A stretch of 63,862 nucleotides of DNA, filler included, from Octopus bimaculoides (lineage: Eukaryota), in the NCBI RefSeq assembly GCF_001194135.2. It is 7 parts of 6 records of this genome, joined end to end, with 100 filler letters (N's around TTAATTAATTAA, not from the genome) between each part and the next. Parts side by side here need not be neighbours in the genome. Positions count along the whole stretch, not along the records: positions 45,953 to 56,818 come from NC_068986.1; positions 56,919 to 62,315 come from NC_068999.1; positions 62,416 to 63,862 come from NW_026410817.1; 4 more parts are not named here. One strand, 5' to 3'. Below the pieces are notes generated by a model, which worked only from the letters and a program-made list of their open reading frames with translations, was not told the origin of the DNA and did no database searches. Made by a program: the position numbers and the translations under genes. Within the stretch, counting starts at the first letter, position 1. Each line of letters begins with the position of its first letter. Shown in pieces: positions 52,874 through 63,862 of the stretch.

Positions 52874-53160
52874 ACATACATACATACATACATACATAGA
52901 AAACTTATGTTTATTTAGAAGTATACGTGTCCATAAGTGTATACTTGAGGGAGGCTATATGCATGTGCACACATTCATGCGTGTATGTGTTTGTGCATGT
53001 GTTTGTAATCGATTTTCACTTTGGTTGTTGCTATTAGACGGGTGAACCTAGAATCCCTTTAATCTCTTCTTAGTTTGATCGATTAACATAATTTGCACGC
53101 TTACAGAGCGTAAGATATATTTCAGCTTGTAGAAAAATACTTTCCTTTTATTTATAACTG

Positions 53161-53772
53161 ATGTTTTCACACACACACACACACACATACACATTTGTGT
53201 CTCTTTTCCGCATCTTTAATTCTTCAATTTCTTCTCTTTCACGTTCTTCCTTTTTCTTCTTTTTCTTCTTCCTTTTCTTGATTCTTCGTTCTCATTTTTA
53301 TTCTTCTTCTTCCTTCTTCTCTTTCTTCTCTTTCTTCCCGTTATTAATTCTCCTTTTTATTTCTTCTTCGTTCTCCTTTTCCTTCTTCCCTTTCTTCCCG
53401 TTCTTCATTCTCCTTTTCCTTCATCTTCTTCGTTCTCCTTTCTCTTCTTCTTCGCCGTTGTTGTTCTTGTTCTTGCTTTCTCCTCTCCTCCTCCTCCTCC
53501 TCCTCCGCCTCCGCCTCCTCCTTCTTCTTCTTCTTCTTCTTCTTCGTAGTCGTCATTGTCGTCATCTTCCTGGCGTTCTTTATTGTGTCCCTTTTACATT
53601 CATTCCATTTTTATTTCTTTATTCTCAGTATATGATTTTAATACTACTACAACTACAAAGAAGAAGAAGAAGAAGAAGAAGAAGAAGAAGAAGAAGAAGA
53701 AGAAGAAGAAGAAGAAGAAGAAGAAGAAGAAGAAGAAGAAGAAGAAGAAGAAGAAGAAGAAGAAGAAGAAGA
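53161..53772. repeat. Low-complexity TTC/CTC tract followed by (AAG)n 53658-53770
   Basis: Directly visible. Produces spurious poly-K/R/L/E ORFs. Confidence 0.9.
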
Positions 53773-53819
53773 ATACATTTTACTATAAGCAGAAGGCCTG
53801 AAATCTGGGGGAGGGGACA

Positions 53820-55803
53820 CCTGTTGTTCATAATCCAGCCTGTCAACTTCCGCTTAACTAAATTGTTGACCCGGTCCTTGTAGGCCTTACATGCCGGAAA
53901 CGACATGTTCAGCTTCTAGTAACCGGGTCCTAATCTATGCGTCTTATCTAGGTCGACCGTACAGATTACAAACTTATGATCAGAATAGGCGGCCATTTTA
54001 AAAAGTGGACATCTTACACTATTACTATCTATTTTCCTAGTTAAAATCCTATCTATATACGATCCAGATGATCCTAAGCTGTTGGTCCAGGTCCACACTG
54101 GCGCATTAGGGAAATTTCATCGGTACCTGTCAGACAGTTGGAACTGGCTGATCAAGTACTTGAGGCTTTTGTACCCCGTTCTTCTATCAGCTACTCCCAC
54201 ATTATCCCAGCGTTGGCCTAAGATTCCATTCCAGTCCCCTACTAACAGTAAAGGGCGAGACGTACATAGAAAGGCTTCCAGACGCCTAAAGAAATCCGAC
54301 CGTTTGACTCCAGTAGGGGCGTAGACGGCTACCAGTCTAAAGACACTACCTTCACTATTGCTCACGTCCAGGGCCACCAACTTCCTGTCCGGGTCCCGGA
54401 AGATCGACGTTACCTCGAGATCCAGTTCTTTCCTAAACAGCACTGCCACTCCACCTCCCATTCCCGGGCGACTAACAGATGCAAAGATCTGCTAGTCGTC
54501 GAGCATGGAGGCCAGTGTGCGTGTATTGGAAATCCTGGTCTCACTGACCGCAGTTACATCCAATTCTAAAGACTTGAGGTCGTTGAGCAGGCACCCTTGC
54601 TTCCAGGGCGGCCCTACGCCACGAACATTTAAAATTCTTACTTTTAATATGACCTTGCTGGCAAGCTAGAGTGACTCGACTTCCAGAATTAGTGGGTTTT
54701 TTTTCTCTTTTGAGAACCTCTTTAAGAGCCTCGATGTGGGTCTCACGTTCGCGATTCCCACGTCTTCAGGAAAGCTCACTCAATTTTTTTTTTTTTTTTT
54801 TTGTAAGAATCGAGCGATATCTGCATCAGAAGCAAATCTTCTGGTACGCAAAATGTCCTCGATTCAAAAATCACTCCCACTGTTTCAAATTAAATGTTTT
54901 GTGTTACGAGGGCCATCAGTTCCTCGTTGTCCCTTCTGATGAGTACGAAGTTGGCTGTTTTATGTTGGTGTTGTTTAATTTCCTTACTTGACTGTAGTGG
55001 TAACGGTCTTGTTGTTGTTTCGGTTGTGTTTGTGTGTGCTGTGAGTGTGGTATTTGCAGTTTTAGATGTTTGTGTGAGCGTTTCTTCTTGTGTCTGTTTA
55101 CGCTGTTTGTGACTGGGGGATTATGACGATAGTGGTGGTGTTGGATGTGTTGGTGTTGTTGTTATTGGGGGAGATGTTTGCGTGAGTGGTGTTTGTATTT
55201 TTTACTGTGGGTGTTGTTATGCTTTGTGGAGTTTTTCTTTTATGCTTTTTCCACAAGTGAAACACTGCGACCTTTTGCCCGCAGTCATTGTGTATTACCG
55301 TCCCGTTCTGGAGACGAATGTGGTCCGGGATTTTTTTTAATATTTTTGGATCTGATCTGGAGAAGTATCTCCAAGTCAACCCCGGACCAGTCCTCTCTGG
55401 CAGTTTTTGTTACCTCTATCGGGACAGTGTAATCCTCTCCATGATTTTGCATGTCAGAAGCCATTAAATATCATGTCCTGGTGGGATCCTAGGAATGCGG
55501 ACACGTGCTTACGTTTCCTCATGTGGGAGGGGTACATAATGACATTGCTGCTTTTGCAAGGGGTCATTGAATGTTTCATAGCGAGGGCTTCTGACTTAAA
55601 CAGCACCGAAATGGTATTGTTTTCCCCTCACTATGTACTCGGTGTCATCTCTGATGCACCTCAGCGCAGCTTCAATATCTACTTGGGCTATTAAAAACGC
55701 TCATTTCGTTTCCGCTGAATTGAACATTTCTTCTCTATTTTTGAGGTCCATCGTAAAGCGTTGCTTCTTTTTGGCTGCTGCTGCCGCTGCCACGAAGGTG
55801 CTT

Positions 55804-55871
<68 letters not shown>

Positions 55872-56330
55872 GCTTTGTTATCATATTTCATATCGATGTT
55901 GTTGGTGTTGATTTTGTTGTCACCTTTGTCACTTTTGCTATCGTCGTTGTTGTTGTGGCCATCGCTACTGCCGCTGCTATTGCTGTCTCTTTCGTTGTTG
56001 TTGTGGTTGCTACCACTACTACTGCTGCTGCTGCTGCTGTCACTGTTGCGGCTGCTGTTGTCACTACTACCGCTATTTCTGTTACTGCTACTACTGTTGT
56101 TACTAGGAAGTGGACTTTGTACTGTAAATGTCTTGTTTTTCTCCTCTTCTCCTGTATTGTTACCAGGGTAGGAAAATCTTCAGCAGTCACCAGATTCGTT
56201 GGAGGGGCTGTTTTCTTTTCTTCACAACTTTTTCACGATGCGCTCCGCCATCCTATTGCGTTGTATTTGATTAAATTAAATTAAACACCCGCCGAACTTA
56301 TTTGTTGGGCCGAATATAGCCCCTAGAGGA
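53820..56330 (-). mobile_element. Tx1/L1-clade LINE 5' half (ORF1 remnant plus APE endonuclease; RT absent)
   Basis: LNVRG, VSETR, GGGVAVL, LVAVYAP, VGDWN, WTW, SYIDRI, SDHKFV and GYxKLN form a full set of APE motifs. An upstream decayed ORF starts near 56190 (MTAEDFPTL). Confidence 0.85.
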
Positions 56331-56499
56331 GCTAAACAACCTTAGAAAACCAGTAACCCGTTCCTGGTGTTTCTATTGACAATAGATAATGCAAAAAAGC
56401 ACCAAAATCGGTTTAAATAAATGTTTTAAGCTGCACCAATCTGAAGCATTTGAAAATACGTCTTATGTATTTCGCAGTGAAGAAGAAGAAGAATTGTTC

Positions 56500-56715
56500 C
56501 AAATTTTGCCACAAGGGCAGCCATTCTGGGGGAGGGAACTAGTCGATTACATAAACCTCAGTGTTTCACTAGTACTTAATTTATCAATCCCGAAAGGATG
56601 AAAGGTAAAGTCGACCTCGGCAGAATTTGAACTCAGAACATAGCAATGGGCGAAATACCGCTAAGTATTTCGTCCAGCGTTCTAACGATTCTGCCAGCTC
56701 ACCGTCTACGCCTTA
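56500..56715 (-). mobile_element. tRNA-derived SINE abutting a long (AAT)n
   Basis: Reverse-complement match to the family at 1-205. (AAT)n at about 56720-56818. Confidence 0.8.
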
Positions 56716-56717
56716 GA

Positions 56718-56818
<101 letters not shown>

Positions 56819-57697
56819 NNNNNNNNNNNNNNNNNNNNNNNNNNNNNNNNNNNNNNNNNNNNTTAATTAATTAANNNNNNNNNNNNNNNNNNNNNNNNNN
56901 NNNNNNNNNNNNNNNNNNTATATATATATATATAGCGGTTCGACAAAAGACCAAACTACAATAATTACTAGATTTACAACGAATCCTTATAAATGATTAG
57001 GTTTCCGATTAGCTTGCAAACAATTATGAACTTATTTTACAGCCTATTTTGAACGCTTTAAAGTAAACTGTTTAAGCACAAAATATTTCTTAACATTTTC
57101 TAATCATCGTCATTCTTTTTCTTAACATTTTTTGATCCTTGTCATAGTCTCTATCACTGTATTCTAATATGTCTATGCTAACACCACAAAGGCTACACGA
57201 AACCTCTGCCCCATCACTCAGGCTCTGTCTCCACATACATAACACTCCTTTAATTTTTGCACCCTTATACCTCTATCTCTCTCTATCACCCCCATTCCTT
57301 CTATCTGACACACCTTTACTTTTTAACCTACCATCTTTTTACATACAAAATTATTTCTCAATCTACAACTCTCAACTCCCGTTCTTACATTCTGTTTATC
57401 TTGTCTCACCACTAACTGGTACACTTTCCTCTCTACATCTCTTTATTATCTCTCTCGTTGTTTTTCTATTTTCCTTTTTTTCTTTCTTTTCTTTATTTCT
57501 CTCTTCCTGATTTTTCTCCTACCTTTATTCCTCACTTCCTGTTTTCGATTTGACATTACAAATACATTCCCTACTTTTAGACCACTCTAAATAAAACCCT
57601 CGATTCAATAAACTTCTATTTATAAATATTCTAAAGTTTTCACAGACTTGGACTATTCTCTCATTCTGAAAAAAAAAATGATGTATATATATATATA

Positions 57698-58745
57698 TTG
57701 GGTTGGCAACTAAGTTCCCGACGTTTTTGTTTTTTTGTTTAATTTTGGAATGTATTCAGTCTATAAATTTTGGAGCCTATTTTTGTCGAGAAATGTATTT
57801 TTGAATCATTTTGGATTGTATTTTTTTTTTTTTTTTACTAGTTAATTTTAGTTAATTATTGTTTATTTTCTGATCATTGCAATGAATGTCAAATTAAGAA
57901 AAACGAGCATTTTAGGCACCTCCTTCTTTTTGGTTTTTAATCAAGGTTCTAAGTCCGCAAAAGTTGCTCATGGCATTTGTGCTGTGTATGGAGAGGTTGC
58001 CAAAGGTGGAAACAAAAACACTCGTGATTGGTATGCCAAGTTCAAAATGGAAATTTATTACCTCAAAGACACACTTCGTCCTGGCCGTCCAGTGGACTTC
58101 GATGAAGAGCGATTAAACCAACTTTTGCACGAAAATTCTCGTCATACTACNNNNNNNNNNNNNNNNNNNNNNNNNNNNNNNNNNNNNNNNNNNNNNNNNN
58201 NNNNNNNNNNNNNNNNNNNNNNNNNNNNNNNNNNNNNNNNNNNNNNNNNNNNNNNNNNNNNNNNNNNNNNNNNNNNNNNNNNNNNNNNNNNNNNNNNNNN
58301 NNNNNNNNNNNNNNNNNNNNNNNNNNNNNNNNNNNNNNNNNNNNNNNNNNNNNNNNNNNNNNNNNNNNNNNNNNNNNNNNNNNNNNNNNNNNNNNNNNNN
58401 NNNNNNNNNNNNNNNNNNNNNNNNNNNNNNNNNNNNNNNNNNNNNNNNNNNNNNNNNNNNNNNNATGTACATCAATATGAAGCAGTGTAAGTAATGGCTT
58501 AGCCACGGTAAACAAGCGACACCGCGCGTGAAACATGATATTCATCCGGGTGAAACGATGTTGTGCATATCCTGGAACTGCGAAAGGATTATCCATTATG
58601 AATTGTGTGAACGGAACGAAAGAGTTAATGCGGAATTCTATGTTCAACAGATAGAACGACTCAACACGGCTATTCAAGAGAAAAGACCTAATCTGAAACA
58701 TGGAGTTCTGCTACACGACAGCGCCCACCCTCATATCCGAAGTGA
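57698..58745 (+). mobile_element. Mariner (DD34D-type) transposon, gapped and 3'-truncated
   Basis: TA-TTGGGTTGGCAACTAAGT left TIR. HTH region ICAVYGE...DWYAKFK...RPGRPVDFDEE, then HPGETMLCISWN...IIHYEL and LLHDSAHPH. Confidence 0.9.
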
Positions 58746-61700
58746 TATAAGTACAATTCTTCGCAAAGTCTTGCAGCTCTGCTAGAATTTATCGCATTTC
58801 TCTCCCTTTCTATCCAATACGTATATACATGCATGTGTGTATGCGTATGTATGAATGCCCACACCGATACAAACGCACATACACACACAAACACATACGC
58901 ACACACACATATCTACTTGTACTTTATGTGTATGTGTACATATGCATGTGGGTGTTACTGCTGTGCCTGTGCTTCAAAATTAGTATTACATTGCTAGGCG
59001 TTTCAACAGTAAGGGTATACGTTTCAGATTGGAAAGAAAGACTCCTCAATTATTTCCAGCTTAATTTATTTTAATGAATATGGCCGTTGGTCAAATTATA
59101 CTTAATATATTCCGCTACATAAATGATCACAGAAATTGTTGTTGCCAGGAATTCAGACTACATTTCTGACGAATACAGATCTACATGAAAGGGTATCCCG
59201 TTTTCGCTTAATTAACGTGTCGTTTATACTTCAACCAACGCTGATTTGGGCATGGGGTGGTCTAACGTTAAGAATATTTTGTTTCATTCCAGTAGTGATT
59301 TGAAACGGAAACATTTTAATAATGCTATTCTTACGAACGATCCAGCAATATAAAAACGCAATGTTATAACATTTCGTACCAATTAAATTATAATCATATA
59401 TAAAAACATATTTCGTAATCCTTCCTTTCATGTCTCGGTGAACAGATTTATTTTCAAATAATAACGATTATCTTTCTTTTTGTCAAATATTCTATATCAA
59501 TAATTTCATTGCAATTTGAGAAGTTAATTTATAAAAGAGATGTTGGTTTCGCATGTATAAGAAGCTAAGAAGGTGCCTGTGGAATTTTGATATTTTTGTG
59601 GAACTTGGTATAAATCTCTTTTTTTCTTCTTCTCCCATATACTGTATATCTAAACTTAAAATATAGAATCGAATTACAACATTTTTGCAAGAAAAGAGAA
59701 GAAATATAATCCCAAAGAAACTTTTAACAACACTGCTGAAAGAGGTTCGGTAAAGAAATTTCTGTAAGTGATAGATGAATTTCAATTATATTTAATGACC
59801 ACTAGGCAACATATTTGAGTAAAAGGTTTATAATTTTATACAGAAATCTTACTTGGATTCTAAAAGAATGTAATACATATTCGACCCTCAGAGGAAATAT
59901 AATGATAAGTAATATAACTATTTACTTTCATGCATTGTGCTCATACGTCTTTCGATTCTGGATATCAAGTATGTTTTACTGGGTTGTCATAGACGTTGTA
60001 TTTCAAATTTCCGCTCCTTGGCAGGAAGGGTTCAGCAAAGAATTTAATAGGTGTTTCAAGTATTCTAATGCATAAAATCAGTATTTGTATCCCTCAGTTT
60101 CGTTTACATTTAATTAACAACATATACGCACATCGGTTTTTATATGAATGACATTGAATTTGTACTGACAATCTATAACTCCAAGCTTTACAATGTTTAG
60201 CTTCGTCTTGAAGTTACACATAGATTAATATACTTAGCAGATGAAATTTAACTATAGCAAGATGACCAGAAGCATAGGATTCGAGAGCTAGAAAGAAGTT
60301 AGATAGCATTATATGTAATGAAACCTGTAGACCCTGACCTAGATATAGAGGTAAACACTGGAATAGGACGCAGACAGTTTGTGACAAAGTAAACAGGTTA
60401 AACACATGCTACACGGCCGACAAATATCAAGAAATAATGTTCGTAGGGGTCAAAACCCATGGACAAGTAGACCGAAGATTTAGAAAAGTTGTTGCTTTAG
60501 ATTCTTGGTTGTGTTGCTATTTTTATAGTTGTTAGTGTAGGGTATGTTGTGGTTATAATTGTTATTATTGTCCCTATTGTTGTTGTCATTAACATTGCTA
60601 TTGTTGTTGTTGTTTTGGCTTCGTATGTTTATGTCCTTGTTGTAGTGTCCCAACATCCATCTTCATTCTAAGAACGTTTTTTTTTTTAGTCACAGGCAGA
60701 CAATCAATTTTTCTGAATTTTAGTTATAACTCTAAGGCTTACATTTAATCCGTTTCTAGCTGTACTGCATATTCCAGGTGAGTAATTGTTGTTGTTCTTC
60801 TTGGTGGTGGTGGTGGCGGTAGTGGTGGTAGTGGTGGTATTGTTTTACGTACTAGGAAGAGACATTTAAAATATATTAACTTATATAAACACAAATATTG
60901 TTTTTCGGTGCCCTAGAGCCGAAGTCTGCTGGTGGTTCACATTCTAACGTGATGTTCCCGTCATGATGATCTCATATGTATGTATGAGTGTATGTATAAA
61001 TATAATTCGAGCATATATTTGTGGCTCTGTTTTATTTATTTACTTTTTTTATTGCAGCCTCTATACAATACCATATAAAATTAATTTAATGCAATGATAC
61101 AATTTTCTGAAAAAACAAATTGAAGAGTTCACATACTTTCATCACAACATATTTCATCTTTTGTTTGTATTGGGTGAAGACGCCAAGATGGCATGACTAC
61201 TGTCGTTAGAGTTATAGATAGTGTAAATATACCTATGGATCGTTAGCATATGTCTAATCAGAGTTGCATCATTCGAACATTACTTACTGCCGTTTCACTT
61301 TTAGACAAAGTGAAACGCATATCAATTGCAGAAACGTACCAGATGTGGACAACATATTTTGATTCCAGTTCTGAATTTACATAAAATTAAGAAAAAGAAA
61401 GCTCTAAACCTCATTATAATGTGCATTCCAAAATAAAATTTCACACAACAGACAAAATTCTTCTTCGGAGATATAATGAGTAACTGTAAACATATCTGGT
61501 AGCTGTACATATTCACTACGAAAAATGAATGCATATATTTCCAGCATATTAGCTTAACACGAATAATATTTGACAGCACAGGGAATTCGCCAAATTCAAA
61601 TTGATCTGTAACTTTAGTAAAGATTATGCGAACTGTTATTTTACGCTTCTGCACTCAACTGTTATTTGGAAATTTAAACAATATATGCAAGCAGAGTGTC

Positions 61701-62415
61701 AATTCTCAATGACAATGTGCATTTCAGAATGTTTATATTGGTGCCACACTTGAGGAATATTCGAATAAGATTGTAGTCGAAATACTGTTCTGTACAAATT
61801 GTATCTCATTCATTTTCTCTCCTCTAATTTGTTGTCACATCTGCGCGAACAAATCCTGTCAGAATCATATGTTTACGACTTAATTGATAGTGACATATAT
61901 GAGATGTGTCATCATTTACTATCTCAGCCTGTCACATTATTATTCTAGATTAATATTTTAAAAGAAATAAAAGCAGATATGTTCACATCGTCTGTATTCA
62001 ACAAAAACAACCTAGATGCATACCTTAGTAGATACAGAAATGTTTAAGAGAGAACTGAAGATGTTAAAGATAACTTCATTTAATAGAACAATATTATACA
62101 TCATGGGACATTATATATGGTGCACATGTAGCGAATACGAAGTACAGGCAAAAATAGACATCTAAAATGTAATATATTAACTTATATGAACATAAATATT
62201 TCGCCTGTAGCCACCATCCATGTATCTCTCTCTCTTTCTTTATATATGATATATGATCATACATACAACATATATATATATATATTTATATGTGCATAAA
62301 AAATGTATATATATANNNNNNNNNNNNNNNNNNNNNNNNNNNNNNNNNNNNNNNNNNNNTTAATTAATTAANNNNNNNNNNNNNNNNNNNNNNNNNNNNN
62401 NNNNNNNNNNNNNNN

Positions 62416-63530
62416 TAATAGTGGGGGTGGGTGCGCTGAAAGTGTAGCTGCTAGAATAAGAATAGCTTGGGCAAAGTTCAGAGAGCTCTTACCTCTGCTG
62501 GCGACAGAGGGACTCTCACTCAGAGTAAAAGGCAGACTGTATGACGCATGTGTGCGAACAGCCATGCTACATGACAGTGAAACATGGGTGTGACTGCTGA
62601 GGACATGCGTAAGCTCGCACGGAATGAAGCCAGTATTCTCCGATGGATGAGTAATGTCAGTGTGCATACCCGACAGAGTGTAAGTATCTTGAGAGAAAAG
62701 CTGAATATAAGATGCATCAGTTGTGGTGTGCAAGAGAGACGATTGTGCTGGTATGGACATGCGGCGAGAATGAACGAGGATAGCTGTGTGAAAAAGTGCC
62801 AAACCCTAACAGTTGAGGGAACCCGTGGAAGAGGTAGGCCGAGGAAGACCTTGCCTTAGCAAGACCTTCGAACATTGGGCCTCACCAAGGCGATGACTAC
62901 TGACCGAGACCTTTGGAAATATGCTGTGCGTGAGAAGACCCGGCAAGCCAAGTGAGCCCTAAATCCAAGGCCTCTGCCAGGGGTGTAGCCAGCCCACTTA
63001 TGCGTACCGTTCCTTCATTGGACACTAAACTCCGCTTGCGAAGACTTTTTGAGGCATGTGAAATCGAAATCGAACTAAATTCGACGACTGGCAACCATGC
63101 CAACGTCGTCTCCTTCATTGGACACGAAACTCAGCTTGTGAAGACTTATTGAGGCAAGAGAAAGTGAAATCGGAATGGCACCTGTGCCCAGCGTCGCCTT
63201 TCTGGCACTTGTGCCCATGACATGTGTAAGGATTTTCGAGTGAGATCGTTGCCAGTGCCCCTGGACTGGCTCTTGTGCGGGTGGCACATAAAATACAATA
63301 TTTTGAGCGTGGCGGTTGCCAGTACCACCTGACTGGCCTTCGTGCGGGTGACATGTAAAGCCACCCACTACACTCTCTGAGTGGTTGGCGTTAGGAAGGG
63401 CATCCAGCTGTAGAAACTCTGCCAAATCAGATTGGAGCCTGATGTAACCATCTGGTTTCACCAGTCCTCAGTCAAATCGTCCAACCCATGCTAGCATGGA
63501 AAGCAAACGTTAAACGATGATGATGATCAT
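62416..63530 (+). mobile_element. RTE-clade LINE 3' end (RT C-terminus, 3' UTR, (GAT)n tail)
   Basis: ARIRIAWAKFRELLPLL...KGRLYDACVRTAML.DSETW...RRLCWYGH..RM...GRGRPRKT. The 3' end has a GAT tail. Confidence 0.9.
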
Positions 63531-63608
63531 GATGATTCATATATATATACACATATATTCATATATATATATACACATATATATACATTTGCACACACAT
63601 ATACATAT

Positions 63609-63862
63609 ACAGACATATTTAGATATACACACATAAACATATACAGACATATATAGATATACACACATATATACATATACTGACATATATAGATATACAC
63701 ACATATATACATATACAGGCATATATAGATATACACACATATATATATACAGACATATATAGATATACACACATATATAGATATACACACATAAACATAT
63801 ACAGATATACAGACATATATACATATACAGACATATATAGATATACACACATATATACATAT
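63609..63862. repeat. 36-bp compound minisatellite
   Basis: Unit ACAGACATATATAGATATACACACATATATACATAT repeated several times with shorter variants. Confidence 0.75.

Noticed and set aside
59667-59763. Possible exon ending in GTAAGT (SNYNIFARKEKKYNPKETF...)
   Set aside because: Weak acceptor, no recognisable homology and no compatible neighbouring exons.

Overview
AT-rich, microsatellite-dense animal DNA, most consistent with a coleoid cephalopod (Octopus-like; inferred from the SINE and LINE families). The window is not one contig. Six identical 100-bp spacers (44 N + TTAATTAATTAA + 44 N) cut it into seven pieces: 1-8339, 8440-21572, 21673-27584, 27685-45852, 45953-56818, 56919-62315 and 62416-63862. 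The only host gene I can support is three phase-compatible internal exons of the kinesin-3 motor unc-104/KIF1A (1629-3833, +), which the ORF track largely misses. The rest is decayed transposons: R4/Dong-like RLE LINEs, Tx1/L1, RTE, CR1-like, Ty3/gypsy gag, piggyBac, maT/DD37D, mariner, MITEs and many tRNA-derived SINEs. There is also a 5.9-kb GC- and CpG-rich 51-bp satellite. Best leads: (1) two R4/Dong-like families each embedded in its own microsatellite, (TAA)n and apparently (TACA)n; (2) the 51-bp CpG satellite, with hairpin-forming monomers, six open frames and mosaic higher-order structure; (3) codons in a conserved unc-104 exon where single A-to-G changes would restore the residues I recall from orthologues, suggesting restorative A-to-I editing. 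Family assignments come from recalled motifs, not database searches. TE boundaries are approximate unless TSDs or TIRs are quoted.
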